Below are positions 37,529-45,289 of a DNA stretch of 64,000 bases, one piece after another. How positions within the stretch are numbered: position 1 is the stretch's first letter; the number at the start of each line of letters is the position of its first letter. Both the position numbers and the translations under genes were made by a program. The notes beneath the pieces were generated by a model. That model was not told the DNA's origin and did not search any database. It saw nothing but the letters and a program-made list of their open reading frames with translations. Source of the stretch: Minisyncoccota bacterium (GTDB taxonomy: Bacteria; Patescibacteriota; Minisyncoccia; Phycocordibacterales; UBA6065); the NCBI GenBank assembly GCA_041661645.1, contig JBAZUA010000002.1:97944-161943 (forward strand), in the 5' to 3' direction.

Positions 37529-38014
37529 ATGAAAATTAAATATTGCCTCTATGCAGTCAGCCTTGTCTTTGGGGTCGACTTTCTCATCGGCATGAACATC
37601 GTGGCGGACACGGTGGCCAATAAGTATAAAGGTTCGCAGGGTGTTTTATTCGATATCTTTCTGGTCAGCCTGTCCCTCACCGTCTTGTGCCTTTTCTCTG
37701 GAATCGTTCAGTGGATAAGCGAATATAGCGAAACCCCCCATACGAGCGGCATCTACGAGTTCCTTATGAAGGTCAGGGCTCCCGAATACGACGCCCTTGC
37801 GGAAGGTGTGACATTGAAGGGCGATTGGCAGAGTGATGTTCCGTTGATTTTCCGGGAGAGGGAGATCAGCGGAATCGTCTGCGACGAGGAGGTCGTCGGC
37901 GTGGTGGAGCGGCAGAGATTTGTCGTTACTGTTTCTACCAAGAGGGCACTCAGAATGTTTCGACGCTGTGCCGGGCCGAATGTCATTGTGGTTGATGTTT
38001 CGTCTTTTACATGA
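37529..38014 (+). CDS. hypothetical membrane protein (161 aa)
   Basis: Two N-terminal TM helices plus a soluble C-terminal domain; ATGA overlap with the next gene. Confidence 0.45.
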   Translation: MKIKYCLYAVSLVFGVDFLIGMNIVADTVANKYKGSQGVLFDIFLVSLSLTVLCLFSGIVQWISEYSETPHTSGIYEFLMKVRAPEYDALAEGVTLKGDWQSDVPLIFREREISGIVCDEEVVGVVERQRFVVTVSTKRALRMFRRCAGPNVIVVDVSSFT

Positions 38015-38685
38015 GTATGGGGCGCCGTTCACGAAGCGAACGGCGCCCTTTTATTTGTATCGAATGTTACACTGTGAGCGTGAAAACCCCTGTTTATGTT
38101 GTTGGCATAGACGAAGTGGGCCGCGGCCCTCTGGCTGGCCCCGTGACGGTATGCGCCTGTATGGTGCCGGGCGATTTTGATATGGGGAAGTTTGCGGGCA
38201 TAAGGGATTCCAAGAAGCTCACGCCAAAGAAAAGGGAAGAGTGGTTCGTGGCGATATCCGCGATGAAGGAGCGCGGGGAGCTTGATTTCGCCTTCACCTC
38301 GATTCCCGCGGGCGAGATAGATGCAATCGGCATCGCAGTCGCCATTCAAAAGGCTCTCGACACGTCGCTTGCGGCGGTCGCCTCTGCGGCGAAGGTTAGC
38401 CCGTCTGACGTGTCCGTGATGCTCGACGGATCGCTTCACGCTCCGGCCACCTTCATCCATCAGGAGACCATCATAAAGGGTGACGAGAAGATTCCCGTCA
38501 TCAGCGCCGCGTCGATCGTGGCAAAGGTCACGCGCGACCGCTTTATGGACGAGATGGCGGTCGCGCATCCGGGATACGGCCTCGAAAGGCACAAGGGATA
38601 CGGCACGGCAGCACATTGTGCCGCCATACGGAAGCTCGGGCCGTCACCCATTCATCGCAGGAGCTTTCTTCGTAATTTCCTTTAG
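38011..38685 (+). CDS. rnhB: ribonuclease HII
   Basis: VVGIDEVGRGPLAGPV, DSKKLT and SIVAKVTRDRFM match RNase HII. The true start may be a downstream GTG (38074 or 38080). Confidence 0.8.
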   Translation: MSMGRRSRSERRPFICIECYTVSVKTPVYVVGIDEVGRGPLAGPVTVCACMVPGDFDMGKFAGIRDSKKLTPKKREEWFVAISAMKERGELDFAFTSIPAGEIDAIGIAVAIQKALDTSLAAVASAAKVSPSDVSVMLDGSLHAPATFIHQETIIKGDEKIPVISAASIVAKVTRDRFMDEMAVAHPGYGLERHKGYGTAAHCAAIRKLGPSPIHRRSFLRNFL

Positions 38686-38745
38686 TCAGGTGGGGATATT
38701 GCCTTTTCCCCATATTTTGCTATAGTGTTCCGCATGGTTATACGA

Positions 38746-38955
38746 ATGCGACACACGCGGGCTCATACGGGAAACAGGCGCTCTCATCACGCGCTCAAGA
38801 ATCCGTCGATCACCGCAGACAAGGACGGCGCCGTTCACCTTCGACATCGTGCGAGCGCGACCACTGGTAAGTACAAGGGTATTTCCGTGATCAATCTCGA
38901 CAAGAAGATCGCTCGAAAGGAGAAGAAGGCGAAGGCGGCAACCGCCGCTCGATAG
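38746..38955 (+). CDS. rpmF: 50S ribosomal protein L32
   Basis: MRHTRAHTGNRRSHHAL...VHLRHRASATTGKYKG, the L32 pattern. Alternative starts at 38725 or 38734. Confidence 0.75.
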   Translation: MRHTRAHTGNRRSHHALKNPSITADKDGAVHLRHRASATTGKYKGISVINLDKKIARKEKKAKAATAAR

Positions 38956-39028
38956 TCCGTGCTCTTATGTCTGGCTTGTACCGCCCACAAGGGATAAGGT
39001 AAAAGTCGGGAATCAGAGAACGAACATT

Positions 39029-39943
39029 ATGGCAAACAGGCACCTTGCAAGATCAGTAGTTATCCAATCACTCTTTGAGTGGGATTTCCGCGGTAACGTG
39101 GATGCTGTTCTTTCTGCCGCCATAGACAGGAATGCCGCCGAATTCGCCCCCGGGGGCGCCGCCGAGGTCGTGTTCATGAAGGAACTGGGTGCCGGAATAC
39201 TGTCAAAGCGTCCCGAGATAGACCTCATCATCACCAAGGCGGCGCCTGACTGGCCGCTCGACAAGATATCGATCGTCGACAGGAACATCCTGCGCATGGG
39301 CCTCTACGAGCTCCTCTTCGCCGACCGCGAGGAGGTTCCCTCCAAGGTCGCCATCAACGAGGCCATCGAGCTCGCAAAGAGCTTTGGTGGCGAGAACTCG
39401 GGCAAGTTCGTGAACGGCGTGCTTGGATCGGTCTACAAGGAGATGGGCGAGCCGGGCAAGGATGCCGTCTCGAAGAAGAAGGACGACAAGTTCAACATAC
39501 CCTTCGAGAAGATGCCCATCCTCAAGCTCGGCGGCGCGGTCGTCTTCTCGAGACATGCCGATGCCATATATCTCGCCCTCGTGCACGACGTCTTCGGACG
39601 ATGGACCCTGTCAAAGGGCGGCATCGATGAGAACGAGGAGCTCAAGGAGGGCACCCTGCGCAAGATAAAGGAGGAGATAGGCATCGACATCAGGCTTCTT
39701 AAGGAGGTGGCCGCAAACGAATATGTCGCCACCCATCCCGAGAAGGGCAAGCTCCGCAAGCAGGTCACCTACTTCTTGGCCGAGGCGGAATACCAGCCCC
39801 TGACCCTGAAGAAGTCCGGTGGCCTCGACAAGGCACAGTGGTTCAAGGTGGACGAGATCACCGATCTTAATTTCTATGACGACATGCTCCCCATAATCGC
39901 AAAGGCCGTCAAGCTTATACCGAAGCAGCAGATCAATAAATAA
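39029..39943 (+). CDS. nusB: NusB antitermination factor fused to a C-terminal NUDIX hydrolase domain
   Basis: Residues 1-150 match NusB (RNILRMGLYELLF...PSKVAINEAIELAKSFGGENSGKFVNGVLG). The C-terminus carries a Nudix box GGIDENEELKEGTLRKIKEEIGI (GX5EX7REUXEEXGU). One uninterrupted ORF of 304 aa. Confidence 0.7.
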   Translation: MANRHLARSVVIQSLFEWDFRGNVDAVLSAAIDRNAAEFAPGGAAEVVFMKELGAGILSKRPEIDLIITKAAPDWPLDKISIVDRNILRMGLYELLFADREEVPSKVAINEAIELAKSFGGENSGKFVNGVLGSVYKEMGEPGKDAVSKKKDDKFNIPFEKMPILKLGGAVVFSRHADAIYLALVHDVFGRWTLSKGGIDENEELKEGTLRKIKEEIGIDIRLLKEVAANEYVATHPEKGKLRKQVTYFLAEAEYQPLTLKKSGGLDKAQWFKVDEITDLNFYDDMLPIIAKAVKLIPKQQINK

Positions 39944-39951
39944 CTTTCCGC

Positions 39952-40650
39952 ATGGACATCAATTTCGCACGATTCGAGGAGAAGGCTGGCATCACCTTCA
40001 AGGACAAGGCGTATCTTCGCCAGGCCTTCACGCACAGGTCATACATAAACGAGAACAAGAACGTGAAGCTCGAGCATAACGAGCGACTCGAGTTCCTCGG
40101 CGACGCCGTGCTCGAGCTCATCATTACGGACTTTCTGTATAAGTCATATCCGAACAAGCCTGAGGGCGAGCTGACCACCTATAGGTCAGCGCTCGTAAAC
40201 TCCGTCACTCTTTCCGAGGTCGCGTCGAACCTGACCATGAACGATTTTCTTCTTCTTTCGAAAGGGGAGGCAAAGGACACGGGTCGCGCAAGGCAGTATA
40301 TACTCGCCAACACATTCGAGGCCGTCATCGGCGCCATCTACATGGATCAGGGATACGATATGGCCAAGCTTTTCATCGAGAAGCACATTTTCGTTTTTGC
40401 CGATCAGATGATTTCAAAGGGGAATCTCGTCGATGCCAAGAGCGCCTTTCAGGAGAAGGCACAGGAGAAGGCCGGCATCACACCTTCATACAAATTGGTG
40501 CGTGATGCCGGCCCCGATCACGACAAGTCGTTCACCGTCGGCGTCTATATCGGCAAGGACCAGATTGCCCTCGGCGAGGGAAAATCAAAGCAGGAGGCCG
40601 AGCAGAATGCCGCCGTCCGCGCCCTCGAGGCAAAGGGGTGGAATTCATAG
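39952..40650 (+). CDS. rnc: ribonuclease III
   Basis: Signature ERLEFLGDAVLEL and a C-terminal dsRBD (GPDHDKSF...GKSKQEAEQNAA). Confidence 0.85.
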   Translation: MDINFARFEEKAGITFKDKAYLRQAFTHRSYINENKNVKLEHNERLEFLGDAVLELIITDFLYKSYPNKPEGELTTYRSALVNSVTLSEVASNLTMNDFLLLSKGEAKDTGRARQYILANTFEAVIGAIYMDQGYDMAKLFIEKHIFVFADQMISKGNLVDAKSAFQEKAQEKAGITPSYKLVRDAGPDHDKSFTVGVYIGKDQIALGEGKSKQEAEQNAAVRALEAKGWNS

Positions 40651-40695
40651 CCTTCCCCCTATTGCGAAATGCGGGTGAGGCTGTATGATGGAAAT

Positions 40696-41514
40696 ATGTA
40701 TGTCAGGAAAGGCTTCACCCTCATCGAGCTCCTCGTCGTCATATCGATAATCGCTCTCCTCTCGAGCGTGGTGCTGTCGAGCCTCGGTTCGGCACGGGCG
40801 AAGGCTCAGAAGGCGGCAGCCCAAGTGTTCAGCGCACAGTTTGCGAGTGGCCTTGGTGCCGATGCCGTCGGACAGTGGAAGCTTGATGAGGGGTCTGGCG
40901 CAGTTGTCTCTGATTCCACGGGTCTCGGAAACACGGCCGCCGTGATTGGCACGGCTTCTTGGTCCACCTCGGATACTTTCTCTGGGACGGGCGCATCTTT
41001 TTCATTCAGTGGATCGAATTACATTCAGGGTACCATCCCTTCATCGACTTTCTCTGGGGATTTCACCATAACGGCCTGGTTCAAACGGACCGCTGCCTCG
41101 ACCTGGGGAGCCATGTTCTCGAACGCTGTCGGGGTCAATAGCACTCCCATCATGACTATGAGGAACAACACGACCCAGTTTGGCATGATGAATGTCGGGG
41201 TGAGTGAGACCCAGGGTGTTTACATAGACCTCGGCTCCGATGTGAACAACAAATGGATATTCGGTGTTGTCATGAGGAGGGGGAATACCATAACGGTCAT
41301 GGCGTTTAAGGATGGGAAAATGCTGAGCTCCAGTGGCCCTCTCTCGTGGACTCTGAATACCGGTAACGGCTTCTTCATCGGTCGCCATTATTCCGGCGGT
41401 CTTAATTTCATCGGCCTTATTGACGAGGTCGCGGTATATTCTGACGCGCTCCAGTTCGCGCAGATAAGGCGATTGTATGAAAAAGGCGCAGAAAGGCTTC
41501 TCGTGTTCAGGTGA
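40696..41514 (+). CDS. type IV pilin-like N-terminus fused to a concanavalin A-like (LamG-type) lectin/jelly-roll domain
   Basis: MYVRKG|FTLIELLVVISIIALLSS prepilin leader and helix. The C-terminal part has LamG-like hallmarks (ITAWFK..., IGRHY..., GLIDEVAVYSDAL). Confidence 0.6.
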   Translation: MYVRKGFTLIELLVVISIIALLSSVVLSSLGSARAKAQKAAAQVFSAQFASGLGADAVGQWKLDEGSGAVVSDSTGLGNTAAVIGTASWSTSDTFSGTGASFSFSGSNYIQGTIPSSTFSGDFTITAWFKRTAASTWGAMFSNAVGVNSTPIMTMRNNTTQFGMMNVGVSETQGVYIDLGSDVNNKWIFGVVMRRGNTITVMAFKDGKMLSSSGPLSWTLNTGNGFFIGRHYSGGLNFIGLIDEVAVYSDALQFAQIRRLYEKGAERLLVFR

Positions 41515-41528
41515 TAAACCATTAATTA

Positions 41529-42053
41529 ATGAGTGCGCATTTAACGACATACCATTCGGAGGTTCGTCTCAAGAGGGGTTTTACCCTTATCGAACTTCTC
41601 GTGGTTATATCTATAATTGCGCTTCTTTCGAGCGTGATCTTATCAAGTCTTGGATCGGCTCGTGACAAGGCCAGAGATAGCGCTAGGATTGTGGCCATAT
41701 CAAGTCTGAGAAACGCGATCAATCTGTATCAGAATGACAATGCCGGAGACTATCCCGTTGCAACCCCCAATAGGGGTGACGGTTGGGCACAGAGTTCGCT
41801 CGCACCGACGACCTTTATGTCGAATCTCGTAACGGCTGGGTATCTGCCTACCATTGTAAAAGATCCTCAGAATAACGATGACCCACACTCCCTCTATTAC
41901 AAGGTGGGTGATTTCAGTGGTTTTTGCGCGTCGGTCCCCAACACCAAGGCCATACTTCATTTCTACATGAAAAATCCGGCGAAGCTCCCTTTCATAGCGT
42001 GCTCGGGTCAGGGTCCCAGCGGGGTGTATGGGCAGTGTCTCTGTCTAAATTAG
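41529..42053 (+). CDS. type IV pilin-like protein
   Basis: ...RLKRG|FTLIELLVVISIIALLSSVIL; C-terminal Cys pair (CSGQGPSGVYGQCLC). The unusually long leader suggests the true start may be downstream of 41529. Confidence 0.6.
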   Translation: MSAHLTTYHSEVRLKRGFTLIELLVVISIIALLSSVILSSLGSARDKARDSARIVAISSLRNAINLYQNDNAGDYPVATPNRGDGWAQSSLAPTTFMSNLVTAGYLPTIVKDPQNNDDPHSLYYKVGDFSGFCASVPNTKAILHFYMKNPAKLPFIACSGQGPSGVYGQCLCLN

Positions 42054-42124
42054 GTGCGACGTTTGGGCGATAAAAAAGCCGGAAGCGCATGGTGTGCGTC
42101 TCCGGCCTTTGATTTTTCCGTCCC

Positions 42125-42367
42125 TTACGGTGCTTTTCCTCGTCGGTGAAGCACCAGGGAGAGGACTGCCAGGATGGCGATGACTACCAGCGTCGCCTCC
42201 GTCCATTGCATGGTGGTCCCGTCTATGGGCGGCATGCCCCCAAGCTTGTTAGCCGCGGCCACGAACAGTGTCATGAAGAACACTGCGGAGAACATGCTCA
42301 TGAATAGCAGTGTCGATGTGGGTAAGCCATCGACGAACTTGTTGTGCAAAACAGCGATTTTTTTCAT
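42125..42367 (-). CDS. hypothetical small membrane protein (80 aa, 2 TM)
   Basis: ORF with two hydrophobic helices. Confidence 0.35.
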   Translation of the reverse strand: MKKIAVLHNKFVDGLPTSTLLFMSMFSAVFFMTLFVAAANKLGGMPPIDGTTMQWTEATLVVIAILAVLSLVLHRRGKAP

Positions 42368-42481
42368 AGTTTCTGTATATCATTATACTCTTAATTTATA
42401 CCAAAGTCAAGTATAGTAACACCCTGATTTCAAGCCCTTTAAATGCTATATTTAAGGAACCTTTCAGGCATACCTTTTCCC

Positions 42482-44749
42482 ATGTATCTCAAATCCCTCG
42501 AACTCTTCGGCTTCAAGTCATTCGCAAAGAAAAGCGGCCTCGAATTCACCGCGCCTGTCACCGCGGTCGTCGGACCGAACGGGTCGGGGAAATCGAACGT
42601 GGCCGAGGCCTTTCGCTTCGTGCTCGGCGAGCAGTCGATGAAGTCCATGCGAGGCAAGCGAACCGAGGACCTGATCTTCAACGGCGGCGACAGCCAGTCG
42701 AGGAGCAATCGTGCCTCGGTCAGGCTCGTCTTCGACAATCAGCCACATAACGGCACACGTCTCCTCAACATAGACTTTGACGAGGTCGCCATCGAGCGCG
42801 TCATCCATCGTGACTCCCTCTCGGAATATTTCATCAACGGCTCTGCCGTGAGGCTTCGCGACATCGTCGAGCTCCTGGCCGGCGCCCATATCGGATCGTC
42901 GGGGCATCACATCATCTCCCAGGGCGAGGCGGACAGGATTCTGAATGCGAACATCAAGGAGCGTCGCGAGATGATCGAGGACGCACTCGGCCTCAAGGTC
43001 TTCCAGTACAAGCGCGAGGAGAGCAATCGCAAGCTCGAGAAGACCCGCGAGAACATGGAGAAGGTGGAATCCCTTCGCAAGGAGATCGCGCCACATCTCA
43101 AGTTCCTCAAACGACAGGTGGAGAAGGTCGAGAAGACCATCGCCTTACGCGAGGAGCTCACGACCTTGTACAAAGAATATCTCAAACGCGAGACGAAACA
43201 TCTTTCCGATACGGAGGCATCGCTTGCCGCCGAAAGCGCCGGTCCAAAGGCTGATTTGGAGCGTCTGGAGCGCGAGTTATCGGATGCCAAGGCAACTCTC
43301 GACGCCTCTGCGCACAAGGACGTGAAATCGACCGAGCTCATAGAGCTCGAGGCCAAGCTCAAGCAGGTGCGCCAGTCCCGCGACGATGTGACCCGCAGCA
43401 TGGGCCGCATCGAGGGAGAGATCGGGACGCTCGAGAAAATCCTGGCGCGCGAGCGGGCGAGCGCGCAGACCGAGGTCACTACCATCGAGTTCGCCCAGGC
43501 GAAAGGCCTGGTGTCGCGCGTCGAGGAGCTGTGCGGCGAGATCGAGGGCTCTTCTGACATGGGCTCTGTGCGTGGCGTCCTGGTTAAAATACGTGAATCT
43601 CTGAAGGCCTTCCTCGACTCAAACAAGAACATTCGGGCCGAGAACAGGGCGGGCGACATAGAGAAGGAGATTTCAATACTGCAGGAGCGAAAGGCCCAGG
43701 CCGAGACCGAGAGCAGGGAAAGGGAGGCCGAGCTTTCGGCCCTTTCCGCGACCTATGCCGTGCTCCAGGGGGACATAGAGAAGGAGAAGGACAACTCGCG
43801 CGACGCCGAGAAGGCGATGTTCCGCGTCATGGCCGAGCAGAACGAGGTGCGAGGAAGGCTGTCCGTCCTTCGCGTTCGCGAGGACAAGCTGCGTATGGAG
43901 AAGGAGGAGTTCCGACGCGAGCTCGAGGAGGGCGCCATCCTCATTGGCCGTGAAGTCTATCTGTTTGAGTCCGACGCGACCGAATATCCAGTCGAGGAGA
44001 GGCATACACAAGAGGAGCGTCGCAAGCAGGTGGAGAAGCTCAAGATACGCCTCGAGGATTCAGGCGCTGTGTCACCTGGAGACGTCATGAAGGAGTTCAA
44101 GGAGACCACCGAGCGTGACGAGTTCCTCGCCCACGAGCTGCTCGACCTCGAAAAGTCCGCCCAGTCCCTCACTGATCTCATCAAAGAGCTCGAGACCAAG
44201 CTCGACACGCTCTTCGCGGACGGCATCTCGAAGATAAACGAGCAGTTCAAACAGTTCTTCGCCCTTATGTTCGGCGGAGGGGAGGCGTCGCTCGCCGTTG
44301 TGCGCGAGAAGAAGCGCAAGCGCAGCCTCTCGCCCGAGGAATTGGCTGAGATGGGCATCGTAGGCGACGAAGAGCCTGAGGAAGAGGAGACCGAGCTCGG
44401 CGTCGACATCACCGTCAACCTGCCTCGCAAGAAGATCAAATCCCTCGAGATGCTCTCGGGAGGCGAACGTGCCCTCACGTCCATCGCGCTTCTTTTTGCC
44501 ATCTCTCAGGTCAATCCGCCTCCTTTCATAATCCTGGACGAGACGGATGCTGCCCTCGACGAGGCAAACTCGAAGAAGTATGGCGACATGGTAGAGAGCC
44601 TCTCCAAGCATTCCCAACTCATCGTCATCACCCACAATCGCGAGACCATGTCGCGCGCAGGCGTCCTCTATGGCGTCACGATGGGCAGGGAGGGATTCTC
44701 CAAGCTTCTCTCGATCGCCTTCAATGAGGCATTGTCTGTGGCTAAATAA
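42482..44749 (+). CDS. smc: SMC-family chromosome segregation ATPase (compact, about 755 aa)
   Basis: N-terminus MYLKSLELFGFKSF...VVGPNGSGKSNVAEAFRFVLGEQS (Walker A); C-terminus LSGGERALTSIALLFAI...ILDETDAALD (signature and Walker B); long coiled coil between. Confidence 0.7.
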   Translation: MYLKSLELFGFKSFAKKSGLEFTAPVTAVVGPNGSGKSNVAEAFRFVLGEQSMKSMRGKRTEDLIFNGGDSQSRSNRASVRLVFDNQPHNGTRLLNIDFDEVAIERVIHRDSLSEYFINGSAVRLRDIVELLAGAHIGSSGHHIISQGEADRILNANIKERREMIEDALGLKVFQYKREESNRKLEKTRENMEKVESLRKEIAPHLKFLKRQVEKVEKTIALREELTTLYKEYLKRETKHLSDTEASLAAESAGPKADLERLERELSDAKATLDASAHKDVKSTELIELEAKLKQVRQSRDDVTRSMGRIEGEIGTLEKILARERASAQTEVTTIEFAQAKGLVSRVEELCGEIEGSSDMGSVRGVLVKIRESLKAFLDSNKNIRAENRAGDIEKEISILQERKAQAETESREREAELSALSATYAVLQGDIEKEKDNSRDAEKAMFRVMAEQNEVRGRLSVLRVREDKLRMEKEEFRRELEEGAILIGREVYLFESDATEYPVEERHTQEERRKQVEKLKIRLEDSGAVSPGDVMKEFKETTERDEFLAHELLDLEKSAQSLTDLIKELETKLDTLFADGISKINEQFKQFFALMFGGGEASLAVVREKKRKRSLSPEELAEMGIVGDEEPEEEETELGVDITVNLPRKKIKSLEMLSGGERALTSIALLFAISQVNPPPFIILDETDAALDEANSKKYGDMVESLSKHSQLIVITHNRETMSRAGVLYGVTMGREGFSKLLSIAFNEALSVAK

Positions 44750-44781
44750 TATGTTACTGTGACAGCCGTTTTGTTCTTCAA

Positions 44782-44790
44782 CCCCCCCCC
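44782..44790. repeat. poly-C homopolymer (C9) in an intergenic region
   Basis: ACCCCCCCCCACT, 12 nt upstream of the ATG at 44803. Confidence 0.6.
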
Positions 44791-44802
44791 ACTGTCTTAC
44801 CT

Positions 44803-45237
44803 ATGTCTATGTATCAAAGGATGGCTGCCATCATCTCCGCTCAAAAAGTTGTCGATTCTGCCGGCAGGGCTCAGTTGATTCTTCAACGTCAGGTGTATCT
44901 GTTTCACAAGGTCATCGAGGGCATCGATTGCCTCGATCGAAGGCTAAGCGTTCATGGTCTCAGATGGTTTGACGGACTCCCCGAGTCCGTCGATTTTAAT
45001 CTCAGCCGCTTCGACGAGTCCCCGTTCGTCGTCGCTTTGAATAACCTCCTCTCGCCAGAGGTCGCCGCCGCTTTAGTGAGGGGTTTCTCCCTCAGTCGGG
45101 CGATTCCTCTCGGCTACGTCGCTCAGAATTTGGTCGAGGCAGAGTTTATGACCATGCTCTGGAGGGAATGTGCCAGGCAGGCCCGCCTCCTCGCTGTCCC
45201 TGTGGAAAGCGACGCTCTTGCCGTGGCCTGTGCCTGA
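44803..45237 (+). CDS. hypothetical protein (144 aa)
   Basis: Protein-like ORF; no domain recognised. Confidence 0.4.
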   Translation: MSMYQRMAAIISAQKVVDSAGRAQLILQRQVYLFHKVIEGIDCLDRRLSVHGLRWFDGLPESVDFNLSRFDESPFVVALNNLLSPEVAAALVRGFSLSRAIPLGYVAQNLVEAEFMTMLWRECARQARLLAVPVESDALAVACA

Positions 45238-45289
45238 TATGCCTGTTACGCAAAGCCGCCCGAACAATTCGGGCGGCTTTTTCTTTGAG

